Source: Macrostomum lignano (Eukaryota). From it: a stretch of 64,000 bases of DNA. Positions 46,255-60,300 of the stretch are shown piece by piece. Position 1 is the first letter of the stretch. Every line of letters begins with the position of its first letter. A program made the position numbers and the translations under genes. The stretch covers positions 1 through 64,000 of the forward strand of contig NIVC01000776.1 in assembly GCA_002269645.1 (NCBI GenBank), read 5' to 3'. The notes under the pieces are model-generated. The model saw only the letters and a program-made list of their open reading frames with translations, did not search any database and was not told the origin of the DNA.

Positions 46255-49200
46255 GGCATAGCCACCTAATCAGTCTAATGTCATGATGTAAATCATTTAT
46301 CTGAAGATAGGGCCAGGTGGGCTAAATGACCAATTTTTAACTATGAAATTTATTAGGCCTACTTTATATAATAAGAGTGAAAATATAACCTAATTGGTAA
46401 GCTGGGTGCTGGGATTATTTAACTTTTTCCTTAGCTTTACTCCTTTAGGTTAGGCCTAGGATAAATAGATGCTAGGCCAATATAGCAATTTTCAATTAAA
46501 AACTTCAAAGAGTATTAAACCACAATGAAAGTATTTAATTTCTTTGTTCTTTTGATATTGGCCTAAAATATTGTAGGGCCTATGGCTAGATATTACTATT
46601 TAGAAAACAGTCAAAATTAGTCAAAAATTGAATAAAATTTCTAGTATGTAGATATGAAGATATCCAAGAGCTTTTTATATCTATTCCTATTTCAATATTA
46701 ATAAAGCTACAAAAAATGTTTAATTTGTTAAGTTCATTAAAAGTTAACTGATTATCATTAAGCTTTATTCCAATAATATTGATATATACCATATAGAAAT
46801 TTTGACTTTTTTGTTACAAAAATACTATAAATAATATATTGTTTGCTTTCCATCTTTTCAGCCAACATGGTCACGGGCCATCCAAGTGATTTACAATTCG
46901 TTACCAGAGGCAATGAAACAATCATCCCAATTGTTTTTCTGTTATTGCATTTCTAGTTATTGTGTATTGCTATTTTTGTTTTATTGCAATGAAAACTATT
47001 ATTTTAATTTATTTTAATGTATTGTTTTTATTTTATTTTAGTGATTTTATTGCTGTTTTTTAATTCAATAAAAACTGTTGTATTATCCTAATATATGGTT
47101 TTTCTTCTGAATGCTGCATTCTGTTATTGTGTAATGTGTATTGTAATTTTTGTTTAAATTCAATCAAAACTTAATTTTAATGTATTGTCTGTCTTCTGAA
47201 TGCTGAATTTTAGTTCTTGTGTATTTGGCTACTATTTTTGTTTTATAAAATGAATATAATTAAAACTATTGTGTTATCCTAATGTATAGTTTTCTTCATA
47301 TTTAACATTAACATTCTACTGAATATTACACTATAGAATCAAATGTGCTGTAAAGAATTATTTGCAATTAAAAAAACGTTTTTACTTTAGAAGAAAAATT
47401 AAGTCAGTCGAAGTCTGTCTTAAAAGTATAGAAAATAAATAGTGCCAATGGTTGATTCTAAGTTATACCTTAAAGTAGTGCCTGAAGTATTATTGTGGTG
47501 GTACTTTGTATGTTGCAGGTCTTGTTCTGAAATTTGAACTATAGTTCTTTGGGGTATATTTTTTTAAAACTCAAATGTGCCTTAACGAGTAGTATATACA
47601 GCCAGAATTAACAATCATACATGTCCATGTGTGGAAAGTAATACATCGATGATCATGTATGGCTATTCCGCCATCCATGGAATGAGCATGAAACCATCTA
47701 TGAACATGGATCGGTCCATAGATGATCAGGGATGATGCATGGATGGGCGCATGCATGGATCATGCATGATCTGGCCATGATTCCGGCCCTGGGGTGCGAT
47801 CTCATGGCAAAGTCCAGATTTTTAATAAGATTTTGATAGCATATATTGTCCATGGCATCATGTGTTAGTCTAATCAAACCAAATGGTATTATTAATATCA
47901 TGCATACCAATAAGCTGAAGAATTGAATTTCTAGCTACTCAAGTCTACTCTTAATAAGGACTTTAAGACCATGCAGCCAGCAGTACAATTGACATACTGA
48001 AGGTAAATCGGTGAAGGAGTTTCTGAACAAGAAATATCGATTTAGTGCGCCATTTACGAGATTGCATTCTAAAGCTAGAGAGTACGAGCTCCTAAAGCAG
48101 AGCAGCTGTGACTAATGGCGCTATGGCTATATATATGATGGTGGTACATGTACGTGTAATGAATGGCAGTGTTGTGTGTTGACCTCAGTAGTAGCGCAAA
48201 AACAGAAATTCGATGGTGGGCAGATTCTGAAGGTAAAGACCAAAAGGGAGAGGCGGGCCTGCATCTTGACAAAAATTTGCTTTGTCCTCCCTTCCGGGTC
48301 TCCATGCATCCGGTTGCGCCACTGGGATGCAGTGCTAACTGCATGAGTATTTTTGCTCATCGTAACAATATCATAAATGATTAGTAATTATTCAGAATTT
48401 TAAATACAATGCAGAAAAATTCAATGCATTGGCAAAAAAGAATTAAGTGAACTTGCCTTAGTTCACATATTTTTACATGCTTTGGTGACTTCGTTTAATT
48501 GTCACGTGGTTGTCTTCGAAGAAATTTCATAATTTCAAAATTTTTAAAGCATTACTTTCCAAGAAACACTTCAAAATTAATGTTACTAGGATTTGTTAGG
48601 AAGTTTATTGCAAGCTATGATATAAAACTTTTTGAAATTTTAAGGTGAATAATTTTGCTTTCGCTATGCTGATGGTATGCTGATACTTAAGTCTACCTGT
48701 CGATTAAAATCATATAATGCAATTAGAAGGCAAATGAAATGCTTAAATTTACCTTGCGACTAAAATTAGCTTCAAATAAAAGTTCGAAACTAATTATCTG
48801 GAGGATACATAAATCATTTATGTTTAGAAGTGGTTAACTTAAGATTATTTAAGAAAACTACAAAAACAATTAGCAAAATGCAATGATAGCCATGTATATT
48901 CATTTTTTATAATTCAGTGTCATGATTCAAAAAGTGAAAGTTTTTTCTGTAGCCTACTATTGACATTGTAGTCATAGGCCTAATATGTGAACTTTAAATT
49001 ATAATGTTCTGGCATAAATTATGTCTTTTGGAGTATAGCCAAGGAGTTCAAGTTAGCTATCCTTTTTTAAAGAGACTAAGCAAATTCAAATTCATCTAAA
49101 ATATAGGTTTTACCCTTGGCCATTGATATCTATCTTATTTATTTTATTTCTAGTTACACGGAATATACAATTAAAAAAGAAGACAAAATTTTTTGTGTTC

Positions 49201-50157
49201 AACTTAACTATTATATAACTATTATATAACTATATATATTAACTTTAAATATTTAGGCCTATAATTATAATATTTTATTTTATAAAGTTTTATATATTCT
49301 CTAGAATAAATTTACAATCTCCTAAGTTTTACCTAGTTAATAGTATTAGTTTTCCACAAAAATGTTCTATATCTAGAAAGCCTTTTTGCAATAGCTCTTT
49401 GCTTTTGCAATTTTAATATTTTCTCAGTGTGACTATTTAATGCTCTTTTTTCTTTTAGTTTACTTTTTTAATCATTTATATTATATATTTCTTTTCTATT
49501 TTCTATGCTTTCATATTGTTATTTGTTTCATTTTTCAATTTTGCTTTGTATATTTGTCACATGTTATTTTTGTTACTTAGTTGATCCTGAATTAGACTTT
49601 AATAATGAGACTTATTAATAAATATATCAAACTTGAAAATCTTGCCTGCCTATTTGAAATATGATTATTATATATAAGATTATGATTGTTAATTTTAATA
49701 ATAGTCCTGTTGGCAAAAGCAGATAACTTGAAAGCAAAAGCAAAAGCAGATCTTTTTTATTAATTGGTCTGTATACTTTAATAAGTCTGTATCGTAGATA
49801 GCATAGGCCTACTAGGCTAATACTTACAAGTAGCAGCTTACTAACTATTTTAGTTGTTTTTAAATATAATTTACCAATTGTTACATATAATGAATAGATC
49901 TACATGATCACCTGGGAGCTTCACTGTCCTAGTTGGTATGATAACTTGCATAGCAGTGCCTTGCCTAGTCATGGTATTCAAAGACAACTGACTTGAACAT
50001 CTGGAAATTTAAAAAAAAATTTTAAAACTGAAAGGCATCCAAAGCTCTAACTAAAAGATCTTGCCAAATGAATTTTTTTTAAATATCGGCAGTAAGTGAT
50101 ATTTGTTTACTCTACTTAAAGTAGCATTATGCAAAATTAATTTTTTCAAAAAATCGC

Positions 50158-51899
50158 ATGATACTCGCTCGCAGCATCTCAGCAGCCAGTGCATTGTGCT
50201 GTCCGCGAGCCTTCACTCGCTGCATCAACACCCGTGTCCTCTACGACCACTATGCGCGCGACTTCTCACCGACCCTGGCCCCCGACTATCCGCCAGAGGC
50301 GCTGCTCGCCGATCCCGAGGCTCTGGCTGGCAGCATTGATGCCCGGGGCGGCTGCGGCGGCGACCGGGCCGGCTGGGCGACGGTCCGAGCCGCTGCCGAG
50401 GCGCTGGCGGCTGCTCGGAATGCGGCGGGCAGGCTGCGGGAGCCCGGCAGGCGACTGGAGGGTTCTGAGGCGAAGCTGCTGAAGGATGAGTACCGGTGTG
50501 TTTCTCATGGCACTGAATGATGAGTACTGGTGTGTTTCTCATGGCACTGAATGATGAGTACCGGTGTGTTTCTCATGGCACTGAAGGATGAGTACCGGTG
50601 TGTTTCTCATGGCACTGAAGGATGAGTACCGGTGTGTTTCTCATGGCACTGAAGGATGAGTACCGGTGTGTTTCTCATGGCACTGAATGATGAGTACTGG
50701 TGTGTTTCTCATGGCACTGAAGGATGAGTACCGGTGTGTTTCTCATGGCACTGAAGGATGAGTACCGGTGTGTTTCTCATGGCACTGAATGATGAGTACT
50801 GGTGTGTTTCTCATGGCACTGAAGGATGAGTACCGGTGTGTTTCTCATGGCACTGAAGGATGAGTACCGGTGTGTTTCTCATGGCACTGAATGATGAGTA
50901 CTGGTGTGTTTCTCATGGCACTGAAGGATGAGTACCCATGGCACTGAGCCAAAAGTACAAATTCGCACGCAACCCGCGCCACCATCGCCGAACTCCCCCA
51001 GGAGGCTGCACGACGCCTTTTGGGACCGCGCTCTCGGACTGCCTAACCGGCTGCACCCGGACTCTGCCGCGGCTCCGGACTTCTCCGTCGACATGGCAGC
51101 CGAAGAGACGCCGTCACCGCCCGGTCTGCGCCGCCTCCGCCTGGCCGGCCGGCAGCTTGAATTCGTAGAGCCGGCCGGCCTCCGCCTGCAGAGCCGCGCG
51201 ATGGACGCCGCCGCCAGCTTGACGGCCGAGGCCGTCAACTCCGCCGGCCACGGCTGGCTGCTGACCCGCGGCCCAGACTGGGTCACCGCGCCGGTGCTCG
51301 CCGCCTGCGGCTGGTCGGAAGCCGACGCCATCGACCTGCCGGCCGATAAGCGGGACAGCGCCGACTCGGCCGACAACCCGCACCTGCGGCTCTTCCTGGT
51401 TGGCGCCGCCTCCCTGCCCGCCATGGCCGCCCAGCTGGGCCGTCGCCAGGCAGCCACCGCCAGCCTGCCGATCCGCCTGGCCTGTCGGGGCCGCCTGCAC
51501 GCGCCGGGCCGCCAGTCCGCCGAGGCCCTCTCGCTGCTGCACGGCTCCGTCTCGGCCGCCGCCTGCGACGCCGCCTTCGCCGAGACTGTCGAACTTGCCA
51601 GTGCTGTCTGGCGCCGCCTGGCCAATGAGCTGCCGCTTCCGGGCCGCCAGCGTCGCATCGTCGCCCGGACGGTGCCGCCGGAGCGCCTGCGACTTGGCGA
51701 GTCACGTCGCATCGACTGGACGCTGGAGAGCCGCGACTCGGACAGCCTGGCGCCGGTCCCGGTGGCCAGCGCGGCCCAGCTGGATGAGTTTGTGGGCCGC
51801 AGGCTGATGTGCCTGAACCCGCGCGGCCAGCCGCTCAGCCTGGTGCACACCTGCCTGCTGGACTGCGGCTCCCTGCTGCGCACGGTGTGGCCGGAGTGA
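50158..51899 (+). CDS. SLIMP: SLIMP-like mitochondrial seryl-tRNA synthetase paralogue, probably non-catalytic; exons 50158-50495 and 51002-51899 (411 aa)
   Basis: In-frame join CG|G. Arg/Ala-rich targeting-like N-terminus, L-P..L..SI-ARG, coiled coil, SerRS hallmark ALGLPNRLHPD, then LFLVGAAS, LPIRLACRGR, L--GES and DEFVGRRL. Motif 2 and motif 3 are degenerate. Confidence 0.72.
50479..50940 (+). repeat. 34-nt array that contains the exon end and 5' splice site (13 donor copies)
   Basis: Unit GATGAGTACCGGTGTGTTTCTCATGGCACTGAAG; GAGTAC(C/T)G|GTGTGT recurs every 34 nt from 50488 to 50896. Confidence 0.96.
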
Positions 51900-52199
51900 C
51901 AGCAGGCTGTTTAAATGCATTTTATTATTATTGAGTTTGTGGAGCTGCTCAAGCTTTAAAATACACATGCCGCATACAATAGTATTGATGGCCACGCAAT
52001 TTTGCAAAACAAAAACAAATCGATTTCAGATTTTATTTGCTTTAGTAGCAGCTCGGAATGCAGTTATTTCTGACGGCGGCACTTCAGACCTCAGCCGGTC
52101 AAATGACTGACTCTAAACATATTTTTTATATCTTCATGTACATGCGGGTATGTGCTCTGTGTGACCAAAATTATAGTAGTTTCACAAGTAATACGAGTC

Positions 52200-53240
52200 C
52201 ACTCAGACATGACCCACCCCGACATATGATCAAGCATACATCCGACAGACGAGCCCACTCGGACTTGACCCACTCAGACACAGAGCCCACTCAGACACAG
52301 AGCCCACTCAGACACAGAGCCCACTCAGACACAGAGCCCACTCAGACACATGACCCACTCAGACACAGAGCCCACTCAGACACATGAGCCCACTCAGACA
52401 AATGACCCACTCAGACAAATGACCCACTCAGACAAATGACCCACTCAGACAAATGACGCACTCAGACAAATGACCACTCAGACACATGAGCCCACCCAGA
52501 CTTGACCCACTCAGACACATGAGCCCACTCAGACTTGACCCACTCAGACACATGAGCCCACTCAGACAAATGACCCACTCAGACATGACCCCACTCAGAC
52601 ACACAACCCCACCCAGACACAACCCCACTCAGACACACAACCCCACCCAGACACAACCCCACTCAGACACACAACCCCACTTAGACACATGACACCACTC
52701 AGATACATGACCCATTCAGAAACACAACCCACTCAGACACATAACCCCACTCAGAAACACAACCCACTCAGACACATAACCCCACTCAGAAACACAACCC
52801 ACTCAGACACATAACCCCACTCAGACACACAACCCCACTCAGACACATAACCCCACTCAGACACACAACCCCACTCAGACACATAACCCCACTCAGACAC
52901 ACAACCCCACTCAGACACATAACCCCACTCAGACACACAACCCCACTCAGACACATAACCCCACTCAGACACATAACCCCACCCAGACACAACCCCACTC
53001 AGACACACAACCCCACTTAGACACATGACACCACTCAGATACATGACCCATTCAGAAACACAACCCACTCAGACACATAACCCCACTCAGAAACACAACC
53101 CACTCAGACACATAACCCCACTCAGAAACACAACCCCACTCAGACACATAACCCCACTCAGACACAACCCCACTTAGACATATAACCCCACTCAGACACA
53201 CGACCACACTCAGACATACAACGCCACTCAGACAAGCCGC
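52200..53240. repeat. Compound minisatellite based on CCCACTCAGACAC
   Basis: Variable 18-21 nt units; source of the CLSG and VSEW pseudo-ORFs. Confidence 0.93.
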
Positions 53241-54311
53241 AATCCCAAAAAAGAGCGGAGGCGGAAGCAGCAGTTGAGGTATTAGTGGAATAGTTCCGGG
53301 CATAGCCGCAGTCGCATACAGTGTATTGTGTTTAAGTTCATGCCCTGCTAGCCAGTTGAATGCAAAACAAAAACAAAGGCAGTCAGAGAGTTTTTGAACA
53401 CCTGCCGATGAGCACGCAGTAGAAAAAGGGGTCGGGAGCTAGCAAAACGCAGCAGAAGAAGTACATGTAGAGCAACAAAGACTATGCAGCAGGAAAACAA
53501 AGAGCCCAGAGAGAAATGAAAACAAACAAATTGGACTGCATTGTCGCGCCAGCGAATGAGAGACAGAAGGTCCGTGCCGAGCCTCCAGCAGTTAGGATCA
53601 GAAATCAACGCGCTCTGCTAAGGGGAAAGTTGATCTCGCTAGACGAAAAGGAAATTAAATATTGCAGGTAAATCATGGAGTCAAGCGGTTACAAAACTTT
53701 GCTATTCTGGTGCGGGAGGACGGTGCCTGGGGATTTTTCCATTCACAAAAAATCAATTCCTATAAATTATCTGATCAGGCAAGAAAGCGAAAAAAATTTG
53801 GGCAGAGAAAAGCAAACAGGAACAACGCCGAAGAAAGTCGCAACGCTAAAGAGGCAACATTTTAAAAAAATCACCAACCGCTTAGCAACAATAATAGTGA
53901 AGCTTTTTTGTAGATAAGAATTTTCTTAACCTTTTGAATTGCACTTGCTCAGAAGTTAATAGAAATTATCTCCGATGAATTACATCTCTACTGGGAATCT
54001 CGTATCCAAAGGAACTCCCCGTTTTTAAGGGGAATCTCGTATCCAAGGGAAATCCCCGTCTTTAAAGGGAATTTCGTATGCAAGGGAAATCTCGTATCCA
54101 AGACAAATCCTTGTATCTAAGGGGAATTTCGTATCCAAGGGAAATCCGCGTATCTAAGGGGAATCTCGTATCCAAGGGAAATCCCAGTATCTAAGGCAAC
54201 ATCTGTTCACAAAGCGGCGGAAGCGTACGGTTAAAGAAACGTCAATGAAAATAGCGCAATGAAGCCCGAGGGCCGGCACTGTGACCCGGAATGACCCTGC
54301 GACGAAGAAGA

Positions 54312-57300
54312 TCAGGAAAAGTTCACCCGCGTCTGCTGCCCCGGCTCGGCTGCCACCCGCCCAGACAGGCTGCCGAGGTAGGTCTCCACCCTGGCCCGCT
54401 CCTCAGGAGCCATCGTGCCCAGCGCGTGCACCACGGCGTCCATAGCAACACTGGGATTGCTGCTTAGCAACGATTGCATCTGGGCAAGCGCATGGTCGCG
54501 GCGGCATTGGGCAATGTGGCCCGCCAGGGAGCCTGAGGACTGGCCGGACTCGAACTCGGCCAGCTGCTCGGACAGCCAGTCGGCCACTGCGGCGTTGTCT
54601 GAGTCGTAGTGGGCGGAGGCCGCCGAACCCGTCTGCGCGTCCAGGAACAGCCGGCGCAGCGAGGACAGGCAGGCGGCGCGCGACTGTCCGGTTGGCACCT
54701 GGATGACGCGGAGTGCGCGCTCCTCTGCTAGGCGCCGGCGAAGGCGGTGGTAAAAAAATGGGCGCGCCGACTCCCAGCGGATGACTGCCGAGATGCAGCC
54801 CTGCGGGTAGAGAACGGCGGTTGCGCGAATTTGCGGAAGCAGCAGGCTAAGACCAACAGTGACACAATCTGCTCAACCTTGGACCTTATCATCTCAGCCT
54901 TGACCCAGTTTGTTAGTTCTTGACCTAAACTTTGATTTTGATAAACCTTTACTCAATTTGCCCAAATTTGACCTACCTAATCTTAATCTTGACCTGGTTT
55001 CCCCAAGTTACACAATATGCTCCAACTTGACCCAATCTGCTCCAACGTGACTTAATCTTGACCCAATCTGCTCCAATCTTGACCCAATATGCTTCAACTT
55101 GACCCAATCTGCTCCAACGTGACCTAATCTTGACCCAATCTGCTCCAATCTTGACCCAATATGCTCCAACTTGACCCAATCTGCTCCAACGTGAACTAAT
55201 CTTGACCCAATCTGCTCCAATCTTGACCCAATATGCTCCAACTTGACCCAATCTTGACTCAACTTCCAAAAACCCACAGCCCACCTTCTCCAGCATCCGG
55301 CCAGGCGTGTCGTGCAGGTCGGCGAAGCGCAGCGCCACCTGCGTGTAGGCCGGCAGCAGCTCTTTCTGCCTGGCCAGCAGGGCCCGCTCAGCCGACCTGG
55401 CCGCCTCGGCGTCGCCGCCAGTTGACACGGCTTTGAGCAGGGCGGCGCAGCGGTCGTCCAGCCGTTGAATGGTCTTGACCAGCTCCCGCTCCCTGTAGCG
55501 AATCTCGATGGTGCCCTCGGGCTCCAGCACCCCGCCGCGGCAGTCGGCGTCAGCGTACATCTCCATCATGTCCGGGTTGATTGACGGGTCGATGACAACC
55601 CAGGCGCCACCGCGCAGCTCAGCCTGCGGCGGTATGTAGACCATCACGGGGCTGGGGTACTTGCACAGGGCGTCCACTATCATGGCGCCGAACTTCAGGA
55701 TCTGCGCGGAATCGGCAATGGGAGCTGGCGTTAATAAGAGTGAATAGCAGAAAAAATATTTTATGCAAAAAATCTGTTTTGTCCGATATTTCTCAAAGCA
55801 AACTATCGAAAAAGGCACCGCCATCAGCTACAGGACCTAAAAAGAGCAGCTACTGACACATACTCATATCAGCTACTGACACATACTCATATCAGCTACT
55901 GACACATACTCATATCAGCTACTGACACATACTCATATCAGCTACTGACACATACTCATATCAGCTACTGACACATACTCATATCAGCTACTGACACATA
56001 CTCATATCAGCTACTGACACATACTCATATCAGCTACTGACACATACTCATATCAGCTACTGACACATACTCATATCAGCTACTGACACATACTCATATC
56101 AGCTACTGACACATACTCATATCAGCTACTGACACACGCGCATAGCTTGTGCAAGTCACACAAAGCAGCGCACAGGCCAGCAGCCAATTACCTGGTCGTG
56201 CATGTCCTTCATGCCGCCGGAGAAGCCCCTCCAGTTGGCGAACACCATCAGCGGGAGGCCCTCGCGGCCGAAGTCGCGAATAGCAGCGGCGGTTTTAAAC
56301 GCGCTGTCCGGGAACCAGACCTGGCCGGCCTGCGAGGTGGTGCGAGCGTCCGACTCGGGATTGGCCGGGTCAGCCGGCATTTGCACCTCCACTGTGCGAG
56401 TCTCCACGGCCACAGCGCCGCAGGGGATGCCGCCGAGGCGGGCGCGGCCGCAGACCACGGTGGCGCCCCAGTGCTCAAGGATCTCGTTGAACGAGCCGGC
56501 GTCAAAGAAGGCGCGCAGCATCAGGCGGGGATCGTAGGGCGTCGGGGAGGGATCGAATCCCACCGGCCGCTCGATGGGGTCGGGCGGGCTGGCCAGGTAG
56601 ACAGGCAGCGGTGAGTCCTTGGTGGCCGGGATGTAGGAGAGCCACTTGAGCAGGGTGCGAACTCCGTCCAGGTCGCTGGAGACCACCTGGTGACTGACGC
56701 CGTTGGTGCCCATAATCTGGGGGCCGCCCAGCTGGTCGGACGAGGTGTACACCTGCGAAATCGGGTTTTGCAATGTCATTATGCAATTCTACATGATAAA
56801 TTTGACTATTTAGGTGAAATTTGAAAAAATAAGTGATCTGGATTTCGTGGCGCTCAGCTGCTCAGTGGAATACGAACTATTCAGTGACCCCAAATCTTTC
56901 AGTGACCCCGAATCTTTCAGTGACCCCAAATATTTCAGTGACCCCAAATACTTCAGTGACTCCGAATCTTACAGTGACCCCAAATCTTACAGTGACCTCA
57001 AATATTTCAGTGACCCCGAATCTCTCAGTGACCCCAAATCTTACAGTGACCCCAAATATTTCAGTGAACCCAAATATTTCAGTGACCCCAAATATTTCAG
57101 TGATCCCGAATCTCTCAGTGACCCCAAATCTTACAGTGACCTCAAATATTTCAGTGACCCCGAATCTCTCAGTGACCCCAAATCTTACAGTGACCCCAAA
57201 TATTTCAGTGACCCTGAATCTCTCAGTGACCCCGAATCTTTCAGTGACTCCCAGTACTTCAGTGACACTGACGCAATGACCCAGCTTAGAACCATCTAGC

Positions 57301-60300
57301 CCATATTCAACCGCTGTTCTCATGGGACCCTTCTCCACTTCAGTCCCCTAGGACTCCAGTGAACCCAATCAAGTGACAGTGACCCCAGCGCTTGAGTTCT
57401 GCAAACAATTCAGAGAGCCCGATAGACGCACCTCCCGACCGAGCAGTTTGTTGAGCGCCTGCGCTCCAGTGAGAATGATGTGGGAATTCTCCCGCTGAAC
57501 GACCCGGTGGCCCAGACGGACAACGTAGGCGCCGATGCCAATGGAGCGGCAGGTGACCAGCGACATGGTCACCACTTCGTTGTAGGCGCGCGACGTCTCG
57601 CCGGCGATGAGACCGCTGCCGCGCAGGTTCTCAACGCCCAAGCCGGTCTCTTTGCCGTAGATGTCGGAGAGTCGGTAGCGACTCTCGCTGGCCTCTTCGA
57701 CCAACTGGCAAGCGACGTAGGGCGACAGGCGCTTGTAGTCCTCCGGAGTGAGGTACAGGTACCTGCAGGGTGGGAGTGGTTGCTATGTGACATTCGGGTA
57801 CCTGCAGGGTGGGAGTGGTTGCTATGTGACATTCGGGTACCTGCAGGGTGGGAGTGGTTGCTATGTGACATTCGGGTACCTGCAGGGTGGGAGTGGTTGC
57901 TATGTGACATTTGGGTACCTGCAGGGTGGGAGTGGTTGCTATGTGACATTCGGGTACCTGCAGGGTGGGAGTGGTTGCTATGTGACATTCAGGTACCTGC
58001 AGGGTGGGAGTGGTTGCTATGTGACATTCGGGTACCTGCAGGGTGGGAGTGGTTGCTATGTGACATTCGGGTACCTGCAGGGTGGGAGTGGTTGCTATGT
58101 GACATTCGGGTACCTGCAGGGTGGGAGTGGTTGCTATGTGACATTCGGGTACCTGCAGGGTGGGAGTGGTTGCTATGTGATCTGCCTGTAAAGTGAGGGG
58201 TTGTCGTGTGAACTTCAGTTATCTGGTACAGGTAGGTACCTGGCGAGGTGGCTGCTATGGCAGGTAGAGGGCGGTTGCTACGCGGCACAGAAACCGAAAT
58301 CTTACTTGACTCCGGAGTGCGGATCGGCGGGATCCTCCCAAGCCACTCGGAAGCTGCGCCGGACCTCCTCGGACAGGCCGATGCGAGCGCCGCTGTTGGC
58401 GGCCAGGTAAATCCGGGGCACACGCAGCCGGCGCGCCCGCTCAGACGCCCGGTGGTAAAGCTGGTCCTCCTTGACGCCGAAGCTGCCCACCAGATGGGTG
58501 ATGTCGTTGGCGATGACGATGAAGCGGCGGCCGTCCGGATACTGCGGCGTCTTGGCGCGCATCTCCCAGGCGACCATGCCGATGTCGTTGGAGCCGCGCG
58601 GCCGGTTCTGCTCGACCAGCTGGCTGTCGGTGCTGAGCACCAGCTCGCGGCACTGCAGCAGCTCCTGCGGCGGCGACAGGCCCGCCGACGTCCAGGCGGT
58701 TTGCAGCGCCTGCGGAAGGGATGGGTAAGAGATGCAGACTAGTGCACACACATGCTCAGAATCAGAATAGGAGTATTACATCATAGACTGCGACTTGCTC
58801 ACCTGCATAAACAGATCCGGAAAGTCGTACACATAGGTAGTGCCGAAGTTGTTAGCCAGGGACCGCTTCACCTGCATATGGTCCTTGGTCTGGTAGGGCG
58901 TGTTGAGCGACATGTTCTGCAGGGGGCCCGGCGAGCTGGCCGACTCGTGAGCGGAGAAAATCGTCTGGCCGGTCTTGGAGTCCGTCACCTCATTGTAGAC
59001 GTGGTAGGCCAGGCTGACGCCGGACTCGTTGGACAGCACGATGCGGATGGGGCTGCCGCGGCCGGTCGGCGACTCCCTGACGCACAACTTGATCTCGGCC
59101 TGCAGGATGCGCATCTTCCAGAACCTGTCGCCGTAGCGGTACACCATGCGCAGCACCGTGTCCTCCAGCTGCTTCATGTCCGTCAGGGTGAGGGTCGGCA
59201 CGAAGTTGATGAAGATGTGGTTGCAGTCGGTGCGCTGGGCGTCCGGATTCGTGCCGAAGGCCAGCTCGATGGAGTCCAAGGCCTCCAAAATGACTCTCTC
59301 GGCCTCGTGCTTCAAATAGTCGAACGAGGCCTCCTTGGTCACCAGGTCGGCGTGCCGGATGATGCAGCGGGCGAAGAACCGATAGTCGGTGACGGGGAAG
59401 GCGCTGGCCACCTGCTGGGCCTTGGCCAGGTACAGGTGCATCCGGTGGTTCGGCACGTCCAGCGTCTCCAGCTCGAAGTTGCGCAGCCTGTTGATCTCCA
59501 GCTGGAAGGCCAGGGCCGGCTCGAGGTGCCGGTACACCACGTCCTCCGCGTAGCCGTCGCGGCACCGGAATGTAAAGTACTTGGGGTAGTCGCGCTGCGG
59601 CCGGGTTTGGGGAATCAGTATTGTGCATTTGTAGGGCAGAATATACCCATAGCAAAGTAGAATATAACCACATCTGAGTAGAATATAACTAATATAGGGT
59701 AGAATATAGCTACAGTAGGGTAGAATATAACCTCAGTAGGGTAGAATATAACCTCAGTAGGGTAGAATATAACCTCAGTAGGGTAGAATACAACCACATT
59801 GGGTAGAATGTAACCACGGTAAGGCAGAATATAACCTCAGTGGTAGAATATAACCACAGTAGGGAAGAATATACAGTAGAATATAGTAGTGCCGCCAACT
59901 CCCATTCCAGGAAACTCACGTGCAGCACGCAGATGAAGGTGACCCGTCGAATTCCCCGCTCCTTCATCAAATCCGACCTGGACGAGATGGCGCGCTTCAG
60001 CTTGGCGCTCAGGTGGTTGTCCAGGCTGTGGCCGGACATGCCTTCAAAGTCCGACTGCGACAGCCGGATAGCCATGTTGATGATGTGGATCGGCTCCTCC
60101 AGCGGGTTGTCCTGCGCAGGGTGATGAGTGACAGCATCGGGTGCATGCGCGTTACACTACTGCTACGAGAAGTAATAAGTAAAAAGTGAGGCATTTTTCC
60201 TCGGAAAATTAAATCATTTTTCCTTAAACAGATACAAGCATCTCCACACAATAGAGAATTACCTTTGTAATTGGATAATCCCGTCAAACTAGAGAATTCT

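Noticed and set aside
48190-48360. Possible snRNA or spliced-leader RNA (minus-strand AAATTTTTGT resembles an Sm site)
   Set aside because: No other snRNA or SL motif recognised; a covariance-model (Infernal/Rfam) hit would be needed.
50879-51883. 334-aa antisense ORF and other overlapping ORFs in GC-rich exons
   Set aside because: Shadow ORFs of GC-rich coding sequence; the same applies to the antisense ORFs over ACC, DEG/ENaC, anoctamin and the retroelements.
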